From the NCBI GenBank assembly GCA_049521795.1, contig JBEKOM010000001.1:544001-608000 (forward strand): a stretch of DNA of 64,000 nt, written 5' to 3'. A program made the translations under genes and the position numbers. The notes under the pieces were generated by a model. It worked only from the letters and a program-made list of their open reading frames with translations. It had not been told where the DNA came from and did not search any database. This DNA comes from Candidatus Bathyarchaeia archaeon. GTDB taxonomy: Archaea; Thermoproteota; Bathyarchaeia; Bathyarchaeales; Bathycorpusculaceae. Of this stretch, positions 27,610 through 38,308 are shown one piece after another (the first letter of the stretch is position 1; every line of letters begins with the position of its first letter).

Positions 27610-28563
27610 TTGAACCCAAAAATGTCAGGGGACATCCTGTTCAAGATACTGGTTGTTACGCTCGCAGCTTCAGCGGCTGTCGTCCTCGCATTCACCGGAT
27701 ACACTCTTTTCACAGGTTCTTTGCCCGTGTTGCAGCGGTTTGGACTCTTCTTCTTCACAGGAACCAAATGGAACCCAAACCCCACGACATTGTCGCCAGA
27801 GATATATGGTGCGTTCCCTTACCTACTCGGAACGCTCGTCACTTCAGGCATCGCTCTCCTAATAGGCGTCCCCATAAGCCTCGGCATCGCGATCTTTCTC
27901 GTGGAGATGGCTCCCAGAGCGATAAGAGTACCCGTTTCGTACCTTGTGGATCTGCTCGCGGCAGTTCCCAGCGTGATATACGGGCTGTGGGGAGTCTTCG
28001 TGCTGCGTTTTTGGATTCTCGACTACGTTGAGATTCCATTGTCCCATTACCTAGGATGGTTCCCACCATTCAGCGGAGCCCCTCAGGGTCTCGATGTTCT
28101 CAATGGCGGAATAATCTTGGCGATCATGATAATACCTACAGTGTCATCAGTCTCACGAGAAGTCATTCAAGCGGTTCCCAACTCCATCAGGGAGGGGGCC
28201 TACAGCATCGGCGCAACGAAGTGGGAAGTGATCAGAAACTGGGTGTTAAGCTATGGTCGTTCAGGAATCTTTGGAGCAGTTATCCTGGGTCTCGGTAGGG
28301 CCGTCGGCGAGACGATGGCAGTCACCATGGTGATCGGAAATGCCATCGGTCCGGCTGCCATCCCTACCTCTCTGTTCAGACCTGGCCAGACGATGGCATC
28401 GCTGATAGCCAATGACTTCTTGGAGGCGACGCCGGGTTCTCTGGAATTGTCAGCATACATAGGCGTTGGATTGTTCTTGCTTCTGCTAAGTCTTTCAATA
28501 AACGTGATTGCCCAAATCATGGTGACCCGCGTCCTCAAAATCAAAGGGGGTGCCGTCGAGTAA
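27610..28563 (+). CDS. pstC: Phosphate ABC transporter permease
   Basis: LLAAVPSVIYGLWG, LGLGRAVGETMAV. Confidence 0.96.
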   Translation: MNPKMSGDILFKILVVTLAASAAVVLAFTGYTLFTGSLPVLQRFGLFFFTGTKWNPNPTTLSPEIYGAFPYLLGTLVTSGIALLIGVPISLGIAIFLVEMAPRAIRVPVSYLVDLLAAVPSVIYGLWGVFVLRFWILDYVEIPLSHYLGWFPPFSGAPQGLDVLNGGIILAIMIIPTVSSVSREVIQAVPNSIREGAYSIGATKWEVIRNWVLSYGRSGIFGAVILGLGRAVGETMAVTMVIGNAIGPAAIPTSLFRPGQTMASLIANDFLEATPGSLELSAYIGVGLFLLLLSLSINVIAQIMVTRVLKIKGGAVE

Positions 28564-29415
28564 GTGACAAGCTACGCCTATAGGAAGTTCAAGAATAGAC
28601 TCTTCTTCGTACTCAGCCTTGGATGCGTAGTCATCGCCATCATACCCTTGCTGAGCATTCTCATCGAAGTCATCGTGAATGGAGCGCCACAGCTCAGCTC
28701 TCAGTTCATTACTCAACCCGCTGGTGTAATAGGGTCAACGTCCGCAGGCGGGATAGGCCCTGCAATACAGGGTACTTCAATCCTGATAGGCCTTACTTGC
28801 CTTATCGGCATGCCACTCGGAGTAATGTCAGGAATATTCTTGGCCGAACACGGCAACAACAAGTACGTGCGCGCGTATGCCGCTCTGATGAGAATTTTCA
28901 ATAACGCGCTAACGGGGGTTCCATCCATAGTCGTCGGAATCACGGTCTTCGCTATTGTAGTTCTCACTCTCGGTCACTATTCTCCACTTGCAGGCGCCTT
29001 TGCCCTTTCATTCATTTTGATTCCCATCGTTGCTAGGACCACTGAAGAATCGTTGAAGCTAGTTCCAAACTCTGTTCGTGAAGCATCACTTGCCCTCGGC
29101 GTGCGCAATTGGAGAACCATAGTCAGCGTCGTGTTGCCAGACGCAAAGAAAGGTCTGGTTACCGGAGCTCTCCTCGCCGTAGCTAGAATCGCCGGCGAAA
29201 CTGCGCCCCTCATCATGACGATTCTCGGCAGTCAATATTTCTTCCAAGGCTTTGGTCAACCAATGGACGCTCTCCCGTTGAGGATTTACAGGGATGCAGC
29301 ATTACCTTATGCGCCCTTCATAGCACAAGGCTGGGGAGCGGCGCTGGTCTTGATTCTGATAGCCTTAAGCCTTAACATCGGCGTCAGAGTGGTTAGCCGT
29401 CGGCTTGGAAAGTGA
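28564..29415 (+). CDS. pstA: Phosphate ABC transporter permease
   Basis: [26 protein letters not shown]. Confidence 0.96.
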   Translation: MTSYAYRKFKNRLFFVLSLGCVVIAIIPLLSILIEVIVNGAPQLSSQFITQPAGVIGSTSAGGIGPAIQGTSILIGLTCLIGMPLGVMSGIFLAEHGNNKYVRAYAALMRIFNNALTGVPSIVVGITVFAIVVLTLGHYSPLAGAFALSFILIPIVARTTEESLKLVPNSVREASLALGVRNWRTIVSVVLPDAKKGLVTGALLAVARIAGETAPLIMTILGSQYFFQGFGQPMDALPLRIYRDAALPYAPFIAQGWGAALVLILIALSLNIGVRVVSRRLGK

Positions 29416-30235
29416 AAAGATGAATGAAGGTAATGCAGACGCTAAGGAGGCTCCTAATATGCAAGATTCAGCGCTAACCTCCGAAAAGATGGAAAGCAGA
29501 AAACTGGATGCGTGGTTCGGCGCTAAACGGGCCTTGACAAACATAAATCTTCCCATTAGAGCCAACATAATTACCGCCATAATAGGCCCCTCTGGTTGCG
29601 GAAAATCAACGTTCGTGCGGTGTCTCAACAGAATGCATGAATTGGTTCCTGGAGCGGGAGTTTCGGGACAGGTGCTTCTTGACGGAAAAAACATTTACGC
29701 CAAAGGAGTTGACCCAGTGCTGATCCGTAGAAGGGTCGGGATGGTTTTCCAGAAGCCTAACCCTTTTCCCACCATGTCCATATACGATAACGTGGCAGCT
29801 GGATTGAGGTTGACGGGGTTGAAGAAGGGGAAGAACCTTGACCAGATCGTCAGGCATAGCCTTGAACAGGCCACCCTATGGGATGAGGTGAAGGACGAGT
29901 TGAAGAAGCCAGGGACAAGCCTCTCGGGAGGGCAGCAGCAACGACTGTGCATCGCAAGAGCAATTGCGTTGCAGCCTGAAGTCATACTGATGGACGAACC
30001 CTGTTCAGCCCTCGATCCAGTTGCTACCTCCAAGATAGAAGAGTTGATAGTGTCCCTCAAGGAAAACTACACCGTAGTGATAGTCACGCACAATATGCAG
30101 CAGGCAGCAAGAGTGTCCGATTTCACGGCGTTTCTTTATTTAGGAGGACTCGTTGAGTATGGAAATACAAGAAGCGTGTTTGAAAATCCAACGAATGAAC
30201 TTACGGAGAAGTATATCACTGGAAAATTCGGTTAG
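29405..30235 (+). CDS. pstB: Phosphate ABC transporter ATPase
   Basis: [46 protein letters not shown]. Confidence 0.97.
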   Translation: MESEKMNEGNADAKEAPNMQDSALTSEKMESRKLDAWFGAKRALTNINLPIRANIITAIIGPSGCGKSTFVRCLNRMHELVPGAGVSGQVLLDGKNIYAKGVDPVLIRRRVGMVFQKPNPFPTMSIYDNVAAGLRLTGLKKGKNLDQIVRHSLEQATLWDEVKDELKKPGTSLSGGQQQRLCIARAIALQPEVILMDEPCSALDPVATSKIEELIVSLKENYTVVIVTHNMQQAARVSDFTAFLYLGGLVEYGNTRSVFENPTNELTEKYITGKFG

Positions 30236-30883
30236 GTGAAGAATTTGAGCAGACTGTTAGACATCGGTTTAGAACAACTAACTGCTAGCGTCCTAAAGAT
30301 GGGCGAGGCCGCTGAAAAGGCAGTCAGGACATCTGTCGCAGGGTTCATGGATGGCAGGGACGTAAGTGAACAAGTCAGAGAACTGTCGGAAATGCTGGTC
30401 ACAATGACCGTAAGCGTTGAAGACAAGGCATTCGAGCTGATAGTGAAGTATCAGCCTGTTGCGTCAGACTTGAGGATAATAAATTCCTACATGAAAATCG
30501 CCTACGACTTTGAAAGGTACGGCCGGTATGCTTGGGACATCTCTTTTACCCACCGAAAATTCGCTGCCTCAGAGAAATGCGCGTACTCATGGGATATGAT
30601 GGAAAGGATGACCGAGAAAACGTTGTATATGGTTCGGACGAGCATAGGAGCCCTAAGGACTAATGACGGAGAACTGGCCAAGTCTCTTGCGAGCACTGAG
30701 AACGAGGTTGACGAGATGTACTCCAAATATCTGGACAAGTTGTCAAAGGCTCCTCCCACCACAAAATGCATAGTCTGCAACCTTTTGGTGGTCAGGTACC
30801 TCGAAAGGATAGCGGACCACGCAACTTACGTTGGTGAAGCGATTTATTACATCGCGAGCGGCGAGAAAATAAGTCTAAGGTGA
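30236..30883 (+). CDS. phoU: Phosphate signalling protein PhoU
   Basis: QPVASDLR, ENEVD, YLERIADHA. Confidence 0.93.
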   Translation: MKNLSRLLDIGLEQLTASVLKMGEAAEKAVRTSVAGFMDGRDVSEQVRELSEMLVTMTVSVEDKAFELIVKYQPVASDLRIINSYMKIAYDFERYGRYAWDISFTHRKFAASEKCAYSWDMMERMTEKTLYMVRTSIGALRTNDGELAKSLASTENEVDEMYSKYLDKLSKAPPTTKCIVCNLLVVRYLERIADHATYVGEAIYYIASGEKISLR

Positions 30884-30959
30884 AGCTTACCCTGAGGTTT
30901 TGGGCCTAAGAAAGGTTATAAGCAAATATGGAAAGGTAGTTTTACGGGAGACGTAGAAC

Positions 30960-31628
30960 TTGGAAAAAAGAAGCTATGCATGGTTTGAAAAGCGTCGCAG
31001 GACAAAAGCTTTAGACTTGGCTCAAGAGCAGATAGCGAAAGCAATCGATACTGTAACGCTGTTACATCAGGCAACGAAGGGCATTGCAGAAGGGAAGACA
31101 AAGGAAGCGATGCAGCGGATTGAGATTCTCTTCAAGACTGAAGAAGAGGTGGACCGTCTGCGAATGGACGTTTTCAAGGAACTGTCAAAGGGTGCAGCTT
31201 TGGTTGCTGATTATCGTGAGGACCTGCTTCATCTTGTGAAAAGGCTCGACACTCTGGCTGATGATGTGAAGGATGCTGCAAGGTGTATGGAGATGCTCGG
31301 AGACACTCAGATTCCGCAGGAGCTCCGCGAAAACACGGTGTGCATGACATCGGACCTGGTGGATTGTGCCCGTGCTCTACATAACAGCATCGAGAAGATC
31401 TCGGTGGCTCCGGCAGAAGCGACAGAAGGTTCCAAGAAAGTTGAAGAGATCGAGCATCGAATTGACGACGATTATCTTAAGACAAAGAAATTGTTCATCA
31501 AATACGGAGAGCAGATGAACGCGGGCACCATGGTAATCTTTGACGATTTGATCGAATTCATTGAACAGGCTGCTGACATGTGTGCAGACACCGCTGACTA
31601 CATCGTTTTACTTTCCAACAGGGAATAG
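30960..31628 (+). CDS. DUF47 family (PhoU-like) phosphate transport regulator
   Basis: EEEVDRLR, REDLLHLVKRLD-x-LAD, IEHRID, AD-x-C-x-DTAD. Confidence 0.85.
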   Translation: MEKRSYAWFEKRRRTKALDLAQEQIAKAIDTVTLLHQATKGIAEGKTKEAMQRIEILFKTEEEVDRLRMDVFKELSKGAALVADYREDLLHLVKRLDTLADDVKDAARCMEMLGDTQIPQELRENTVCMTSDLVDCARALHNSIEKISVAPAEATEGSKKVEEIEHRIDDDYLKTKKLFIKYGEQMNAGTMVIFDDLIEFIEQAADMCADTADYIVLLSNRE

Positions 31629-31883
31629 CAGCAAAAAATCATCGAACAGAACGAGTTGAAGACTATTTATCGACTTTGTCGATCTCGAGATCGCAGAGAG
31701 AAGAGAGGTCCGCAGGCGTCAGAAATCTTGTAGAATGATGATTCCTCTGCGCGCTGAAGAAAATCACTGCCGTGCCTTTTACAATTTCAAAGAAAGGAAG
31801 AGCCTAGTGTTTACGGAATTGAACGAACCACATTATCGAACTTCTTTTTCTAACACGAAGACGTGCGCCCTAGCTTAAGCATG

Positions 31884-32501
31884 TTACCCTGGATACATTA
31901 GTTGACCTAATATGATAGCATCAAGAATGTTCACGATACCATCATCATTCAAGTCGGCCCGCGGGTTCCAATTGCTATCTTTCGGAGTAGATCCGAATGC
32001 TGCCGCCTGCATTATCACGTCAAGTACGTTGACGACACCATCCCCGTTAATGTCTCCAAGAATGTACCCTTCCACACCGAAAACTATGTCGAAACCAAAA
32101 GCAGAAATGCCCCCTGCGTTCGGAGAAACATAAAGGCTTTGCGTAACCTGAACAGCCTTGCCCGGTACGACCCCTGCGTCCACGCAGGTCCAAGTGAAAT
32201 TCAGAAACTCGGAAGCATTCGCTGGGCTGTAATTCATCGGCGCGATTGTCAGCAGAACTGGCTGATTACCTTCGTTCCGAGCGTAGACCACAACTTCCTT
32301 TGTCTGCCCGGGCGATAGAACACCCCAATCTATTGAAGACACTGTCTTAGTACAGCCCGCATCCCAGTAGATGCCGATGCTGCCTGTAGCCACGACTGCA
32401 GAGACGTTTGGAACAGAGTTCCTCAGGTAAAGGAATTCAAACGTGCTAACAGCTAGCATCAACACTAGTACCATGAGCAAGTAGGGCACTTTGCTGTGCA
32501 A
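31884..32501 (-). CDS. Secreted/membrane protein with C-terminal type I dockerin-like domain
   Basis: N-terminal hydrophobic helix; duplicated Ca-binding loops GDINGDGVVNVLD and ADLNDDGIVNILD. Confidence 0.85.
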   Translation of the reverse strand: MHSKVPYLLMVLVLMLAVSTFEFLYLRNSVPNVSAVVATGSIGIYWDAGCTKTVSSIDWGVLSPGQTKEVVVYARNEGNQPVLLTIAPMNYSPANASEFLNFTWTCVDAGVVPGKAVQVTQSLYVSPNAGGISAFGFDIVFGVEGYILGDINGDGVVNVLDVIMQAAAFGSTPKDSNWNPRADLNDDGIVNILDAIILGQLMYPG

Positions 32502-32839
32502 CCGCCTTCTCCCCCACCATGCGAAACTCCAGACCGGAATATCTGTCTTTCCGTCTTGGACGATTGCAAAGTAGACGTTGCAACAAAAGAAGAAGGCAGT
32601 CAAGGTGTGGCATACGAGCTCAAAAGTTCATAGATTGAAAATCCCGCGCATGTCGTGGCCACTTCGCCAGCGCAGCTGAGCGTTAAAGTGATAGCTGATC
32701 TCGCGGAAGTTCTGAGGTTTGTCGCTCAGCATGATGCGCACAGAGCGTGTGTCCACTCGCGTCTAACAGAAGTCAAACAAAGAAAGAAAAGGCGAGGTTC
32801 TCGCCAAATGGGGTACTTGGTTTTTTAGGATTTCTTTTT

Positions 32840-33127
32840 CTAATCCTTTGCCAGCGTTATTTCCATTGTAGAAACCGCTCTTGCACCGCTTTCGCCTTCC
32901 CTGGCGGGCATCTGCTCTGTACCTATGGCGATCTTTTGAACTTTCAGGTCCTTGAGGAAGCGGCTTCTCGTTATCTCAGCAACGTCAACCGCTGTCGTGA
33001 TTGCTTGTCCTCTTGCCTTCAGTGTTATCTCTTTGCTGTTGGATGCCGATAGGCTGGTAATGATCGCCAGGACGTAGCTCATTGCTGGTTTCCTGCCAAT
33101 GAAAACAATTTTCGAACTCTCTGCCAT
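32840..33127 (-). CDS. albA: DNA/RNA-binding chromatin protein Alba
   Basis: IGRKPAMSYV, LKARGQAI-x-x-AVDVAE, VSTMEI. Confidence 0.96.
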   Translation of the reverse strand: MAESSKIVFIGRKPAMSYVLAIITSLSASNSKEITLKARGQAITTAVDVAEITRSRFLKDLKVQKIAIGTEQMPAREGESGARAVSTMEITLAKD

Positions 33128-33452
33128 TTTTTTCACTCCTTTTGTTTTTAATTGTGTGTAGCGTTGTGTCTCTGTCTCATGTTCTCAACAGAACGCTACC
33201 GCGCCCTAATAATGCGCAACTCTCCTTTATAAACGCGCTGAAAACAAACTTCTATTCGATGCCTCTAGACAAAATCTGTTCAGGGGCCGTCAATGATCCA
33301 GATTGGTTCAGCCACTATTCGTGTAACCACACACTTACTCGTTTATGATCCGAAGTCAAGTTTTTCCTGTTAAATTCGTGGGCACTGCACGATGACAAAT
33401 CTCTTATGCTCTAATTCGACTGATAAGTAGAGACTGAGAGGTGAATTCGCGG

Positions 33453-33758
33453 ATGGGGTTTGTGAAAGTCGCTTCGACAAGGGACCTGAAGCCAGGTGAG
33501 ATGAGAGAAGCCGGCGCAGGAGGAAAAGAGATCTGCGTTGCCAACGTGGGAGGCAAGTACTACGCGATTGGCAATCGTTGCACACACATGGGCTGCTTGC
33601 TTTCAGACGGCACGTTAAGGGGGGAAAACGTAACGTGTCCGTGTCACGGTTCAGTTTTCAACGTTCTAACCGGTGCCGTGGTGAAAGGACCTGCACAAAA
33701 ATCTGAACCTGCGTATGGAACAAGGGTATTAGAAGACCAAGTGTCGATCGACGTGTGA
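33453..33758 (+). CDS. Rieske-type [2Fe-2S] ferredoxin
   Basis: CTH and CPCHGSVF motifs; GAGGTGA SD. Confidence 0.93.
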   Translation: MGFVKVASTRDLKPGEMREAGAGGKEICVANVGGKYYAIGNRCTHMGCLLSDGTLRGENVTCPCHGSVFNVLTGAVVKGPAQKSEPAYGTRVLEDQVSIDV

Positions 33759-33798
33759 ATGGGAAGTTACTCCTTTTGAGCAAGCGCATCTGGGGAGT

Positions 33799-35232
33799 CT
33801 ATAGGCTTTTCAGGAAGCCTCTGGTGACGTCCCTTGCGGATTGAAGAAGGGGGTGTTTTATTTCTGTGACAGCTCCAAACTTTCTGAGTCTTTCGACTCT
33901 GAAGTAGATAGGCGGATGTGGATCAAAGCTTATCCATTCTTGAAAGCGATACGCAGGGATCCGCTCATAGAGAAGTCTTTTGAACCCTATTTCTTCTAGC
34001 GCGTTGGCCAGAATGTTTGGTTGTCCCATTACGATCGCTGACGTTAAGTCTGCCCTTGCTTCGAAGAACTTGGCGATGAAATACGTGATCGTCGAGAGCA
34101 CCCAGAAATAGATGAAGAGAAGAACAATGGAGCTTGTTGGAAAGAATCCGAAGATTACGTAGAACCACAGAAGGTATTGCACAGCAGATAGTCCGTAGAG
34201 CCAGAAGGGATCACGCCCTCTTAGGTGTCCAAACTCGTGTCCTAGGACGCTGAGAAGCTCGTCTTCCTCGAGTTGTACGAGAGCCCCCGTGGTAATCAAG
34301 ACTATTCCTCGGCTTGGGCTTGGGCCGGAGGCAGCTGCGTTAGGAGCTAAAGTGTTGGTGACCACGATCTCTGGCACTTTAAAATGGAATTTGTCTGCCA
34401 CCTTTTTTACAAGTTCGTAAACATTTACCTTTGTTGAAGACAGATTCTCTGGGCTGCACTCAAGTCCATACTTTCTAAAAATCTGCCCAGTCGTCTCGCA
34501 GTTGATTTCCCCGTTCTTGGCGATTGTCTCTTGATAAATCTCTTTCTTTATTTCTGCGAGCTTTTTAGGAGGGTACTTCTGCCTGAAATCGTCCTGTCGT
34601 TCAATCGGCACGTTGTATTCAAGAATATGTATTGTCGGGTTCTCTTCGGTGATTCGCCAGTCTGAGGTTCTTTCAATAATCTTCGGTGAATACACGACGA
34701 ATATCAACATAAACGCCAGTAGGACAATCGGCGTGTAAGGACCGATGAGGAAGAACAGGAACAAGCCTAGCGTGATGAATATGACGAAGAGGAAAACTTG
34801 AGTCTCGAGAAAAATGCGGTTCAACGGTTTCTTTTCTTTACCAGAAATCTTTTCTGGTACAATCCTCTCACCTTCTCGCCACGCAAAGAAGAGTGTGCCC
34901 GCTCTAACCTTTTCTTCAAATGATTGAACTGAGATCACGAGGTCCTGCCTAACTTGGGTTATCGTGTCTTCAGGGAGGTTTTCACTTAGCGGCGTCATGT
35001 TTACTTCAATCGGCTTCCCACCATTGACCACCACTTCTAGAAGACGTGTTCCAGACTGATCCAGAGTTGTGAAGGTAAGGGAAGAACGGCCGCCGACCGT
35101 GACTCTTGAGATGTTGGCAAACCTTTGTCCTTGGGGCACGAGGTATTTTTGATAAATATAGTCCAACAAGCTTCCCACGAAGCTTTCGGGAATTTCCATG
35201 TTAATCGAGAAGGAAACAGCTTTGTTGGACAT
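33799..35232 (-). CDS. M48 (HtpX-like) membrane zinc protease with long N-terminal extension
   Basis: PNAAA, GHEFGH, EARAD, DPHPP-x-x-x-R. Confidence 0.9.
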   Translation of the reverse strand: MSNKAVSFSINMEIPESFVGSLLDYIYQKYLVPQGQRFANISRVTVGGRSSLTFTTLDQSGTRLLEVVVNGGKPIEVNMTPLSENLPEDTITQVRQDLVISVQSFEEKVRAGTLFFAWREGERIVPEKISGKEKKPLNRIFLETQVFLFVIFITLGLFLFFLIGPYTPIVLLAFMLIFVVYSPKIIERTSDWRITEENPTIHILEYNVPIERQDDFRQKYPPKKLAEIKKEIYQETIAKNGEINCETTGQIFRKYGLECSPENLSSTKVNVYELVKKVADKFHFKVPEIVVTNTLAPNAAASGPSPSRGIVLITTGALVQLEEDELLSVLGHEFGHLRGRDPFWLYGLSAVQYLLWFYVIFGFFPTSSIVLLFIYFWVLSTITYFIAKFFEARADLTSAIVMGQPNILANALEEIGFKRLLYERIPAYRFQEWISFDPHPPIYFRVERLRKFGAVTEIKHPLLQSARDVTRGFLKSL

Positions 35233-35327
35233 TCACCTTCCTCTTTCAGCCGCGCATACGTTTCAGTGTCTTACAAACATGTTCATAATAAAGTTGACCG
35301 TCAGACAGGTACAGCCGTAGTCGGAAT

Positions 35328-35939
35328 CTATGGCTTTTCCATGAAAGCGACAAATTCTTCAACGGTGCGCTTTTGCAGTGTGTAGTTCGACCGCCTTTCT
35401 TCGCCGACCGTTGAGTTGGGCTTCGGTCCGTAGTCGTGGCCCGGATAAACTTCGACGTTGTCGTCAAGTTTCATCAGCTTGTCAAAGAGGCTGTGGTACA
35501 TGTCCTCGGAACTTCCATCGCCCAAATCTGTTCTTCCGCACTCGCCTACGAAAAGAGTGTCACCGGTCAGTACTTTCCCGTTGACTAGTAAGCATATGCT
35601 GTCTGGGCTGTGTCCTGGGGTGTGAACGACCTTGATTGAGACTTTGCCAAGCTCCAAAACGTCGCCTTCAACCACTGCTGTATCCTTCCTGGCTCTTGAG
35701 AGTTTGTGGGCGACGATTTTTGCGCCGAAGGCTGACCTTATGTCTTCATTGCCCGCAGTGTGGTCCCCGTGACTGTGCGTGTTTATGACATACTTAGCCA
35801 TCAGGTTTTGGGTGTGCAACAGAAGGCTTATTGCGTCGACGTTGTAACTGGGGTCAACGACCGCGGCTTCTCTGCTGTTCTCATCTGCGATGACGTAGGA
35901 GAAGTTGTCGCCTCGATATTTGATCTGTTTGAAAAACAT
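35328..35939 (-). CDS. MBL-fold hydrolase (glyoxalase II / persulfide dioxygenase-like)
   Basis: THSHGDH, HTPGHS, TGDTLF, CGRTD, YPGHDY. Confidence 0.92.
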   Translation of the reverse strand: MFFKQIKYRGDNFSYVIADENSREAAVVDPSYNVDAISLLLHTQNLMAKYVINTHSHGDHTAGNEDIRSAFGAKIVAHKLSRARKDTAVVEGDVLELGKVSIKVVHTPGHSPDSICLLVNGKVLTGDTLFVGECGRTDLGDGSSEDMYHSLFDKLMKLDDNVEVYPGHDYGPKPNSTVGEERRSNYTLQKRTVEEFVAFMEKP

Positions 35940-35959
35940 GGTTGCACCATCATGCTATC

Positions 35960-37336
35960 TTATTCTTTTCGGATATATGGCTCTGTTGGAAGATGCTCCA
36001 TCTTCATTCCTAGGTCAGCTAGGTCTTTCAAGTTTCCAACGCATCCGACGCTTGCGTCAATGTTGCGGTGTAAAGGATGGAACCACATGTTCTTTGGCAC
36101 GAGGTTGAACTGCAAAGGAATTCTGACTGTGACGCCGTATTTTCCGTTCAGATCCTTGAACAAGGAGCCTGTTGAGCATGCCAGTCGCGTCGTAGTGTAG
36201 CTCTTCAACAACTCTGAAGCGCCGAAGGCTCCGATGCCGTGCCACAGAACAGCGTTTTCCGGTGACGTCAGAGAGTACAGGAAGAACTGGGGTGAAGACG
36301 GCGTTTCCTTGAAGTTGTAGTTGACCAACTTTTCACCTTCCACCGTGAAACTGTCATCAGCTTTTGCTAGGCTGATGTCTGAAGGGTCGATCGCATTCGG
36401 GTAAAGCAGCGTCGTTCGATAGTCGACTTTGACGCTTTTGAGCTTGGTTCCGTCGAAGTAGATCCTCCCTCTCACGGCACGTTTTGACCCGTAGCCCTTC
36501 GGCGAATGTGGAACCGTCAAAAGTGTGGTCAGGTTCTTCATGCTTCTGCCCATGCATCTGTAAACTAGCTCAACCGACGAATAGTCCTTGTGAGCCTCTC
36601 TTATGATGTAGTGTAGCAAGCCGTCTGATGACTCTTTTTCCAGAGCACTCAGTGGTAACCGCATCGAGTAAAGAAGCATGTCGATGCCGAAAGCCTCTGA
36701 CAGCTTTTCCAAGTGTTCATATTTTACGGCGTCTATCATGTCCACGTAGCTCTTGTTGCCAGACTTGAGGTGGCGATATATCCTTTCAACTTCGCCCTTG
36801 CAGAAAAGTGACCCTTCATACTTCTGTGCGAACTGCTGGTCTATCTCAAGCTTCTCTGTGCTCACAGCAGCGGCCGGAAGGGCACTTTGCCCGCTGTTCA
36901 CTATCGACTCTTTAAGCGGGTTCATCGAATACCTGTCCGCCTCGATATCGTCGGTGTTCAGCAGGAAAGAGACGACAAATCCATCAGGAGGCTTCTTCAG
37001 CAATGTGCATATTTCTTCCGTGTCCTGCACGGTCGGCTCATGCAATCCACGCTGGTGAAAGTAGTTAGCGCAGACCTCAAGCAGACGTGTGGCTATGATT
37101 CCCTGAACCTCTTCAACCGTGAGCTGCGGGTTTGAATACTCAACGGAGCATCTTAGGAAGAAGTGTGAGCCGTCACACGGAACGTCGCTTCTCTGCCCGT
37201 TCTTGAGGTAATACAGGTTGACGGGTTTTCTTATATCCTCTTTGAACGTGCCGAGTTCCCGCACTAAGGCATCGACACAAGGCCATGAACTCTTCAGAAA
37301 GTCTTCAACGATTATTCTGCACAGGTCGGACGACAA
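35960..37336 (-). CDS. Hypothetical protein, about 458 aa
   Basis: Long ORF closely spaced between GNAT and MBL genes; TTG start after GAGGGTGA. Confidence 0.8.
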   Translation of the reverse strand: MSSDLCRIIVEDFLKSSWPCVDALVRELGTFKEDIRKPVNLYYLKNGQRSDVPCDGSHFFLRCSVEYSNPQLTVEEVQGIIATRLLEVCANYFHQRGLHEPTVQDTEEICTLLKKPPDGFVVSFLLNTDDIEADRYSMNPLKESIVNSGQSALPAAAVSTEKLEIDQQFAQKYEGSLFCKGEVERIYRHLKSGNKSYVDMIDAVKYEHLEKLSEAFGIDMLLYSMRLPLSALEKESSDGLLHYIIREAHKDYSSVELVYRCMGRSMKNLTTLLTVPHSPKGYGSKRAVRGRIYFDGTKLKSVKVDYRTTLLYPNAIDPSDISLAKADDSFTVEGEKLVNYNFKETPSSPQFFLYSLTSPENAVLWHGIGAFGASELLKSYTTTRLACSTGSLFKDLNGKYGVTVRIPLQFNLVPKNMWFHPLHRNIDASVGCVGNLKDLADLGMKMEHLPTEPYIRKE

Positions 37337-37343
37337 CTCATGA

Positions 37344-38186
37344 TCACCCTCTCTCCAAAGATTCAGCCATGAGGACGCAATCTCCAGTGACCGATGGACC
37401 ATAAAACATCCTTTCCACTCGGAAGCTTTCATGGAAGCCAGATTCCAGCAACATGGAAACAACCCGCTTTTCCCTTTTCGGAACAAACACTGACGCTTCG
37501 AGACCCTCCACCGCGCCTAAAGTGGCTCTTAACAGATCGAGTGCCGTTTTGGCCTGTCCCCTCTTGCACGCTAGGGGGCCTAATTCAGCTACGCCCCTGT
37601 ACACTTTTGCGGCCGAGAACCCTGAGACCTGCCCATCTTCGGTTGATACGAAGCATAAATTGTCACGGTCCATGAGAATCGGTTCAAGCATCCTTCTACG
37701 GGATGCGCCGAAACAAGACTCGTCGAAGGCGATGACATCCGCCAGTTCTTGTTCTTCAGCTTTTCTCACATTAGCCCCGACTGGCGAAGAAAAGCCTTTC
37801 CCCTTCAAGACTGTGAACTCGGAGTCGCGTTTGAAGCCGAGCCTCCTGTAGAACGGGATTTTCTCCATGTACGCGTACAAGCCGACGGTTTCAACGTTTT
37901 TTTCTGTCAAGTACTCAAGAGCGTGCTTGACCAGCAGTGTTCCTGCACCCCTGTTCCTTTTGCTCTCGTCGACGATGAGGTTTCCAAACCAGCCGAGCTT
38001 GCCATAGCTCACGGCGGTCGCGATTCCCACCCTGTCCGAGCCGTCAAGAAGCACAAAACACCCCTCCGGTTCCAACTCCATCATGAATTCAAAGTCTTGC
38101 TCCGCCAACCCCCAGCCCATCAGGCCGGTGATGCGGACGGCGAACTCGAAATCTGCCCTTGACATTTTCCTTACGTGGAACGTCAT
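37344..38186 (-). CDS. GNAT family N-acetyltransferase (two-domain)
   Basis: LIVDESKRNRGAG acetyl-CoA loop, FYRRLGF, LGPL second domain. Confidence 0.88.
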   Translation of the reverse strand: MTFHVRKMSRADFEFAVRITGLMGWGLAEQDFEFMMELEPEGCFVLLDGSDRVGIATAVSYGKLGWFGNLIVDESKRNRGAGTLLVKHALEYLTEKNVETVGLYAYMEKIPFYRRLGFKRDSEFTVLKGKGFSSPVGANVRKAEEQELADVIAFDESCFGASRRRMLEPILMDRDNLCFVSTEDGQVSGFSAAKVYRGVAELGPLACKRGQAKTALDLLRATLGAVEGLEASVFVPKREKRVVSMLLESGFHESFRVERMFYGPSVTGDCVLMAESLERG

Positions 38187-38308
38187 GCGCTCAGCCCTCT
38201 TCACGATGGATTGACGATTCTCAAGACTTATACGAGAGGATAAACTTTACTAACAACTCTCTTCGGGATGAAGACCGCAGGAAGGAACAAACAACGGTAA
38301 CGCCACGC

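Noticed and set aside
37337-37486. N-terminal extension of the 508-aa ORF
   Set aside because: Overlaps the GNAT gene on the same strand; SD-supported TTG at 37336 preferred.
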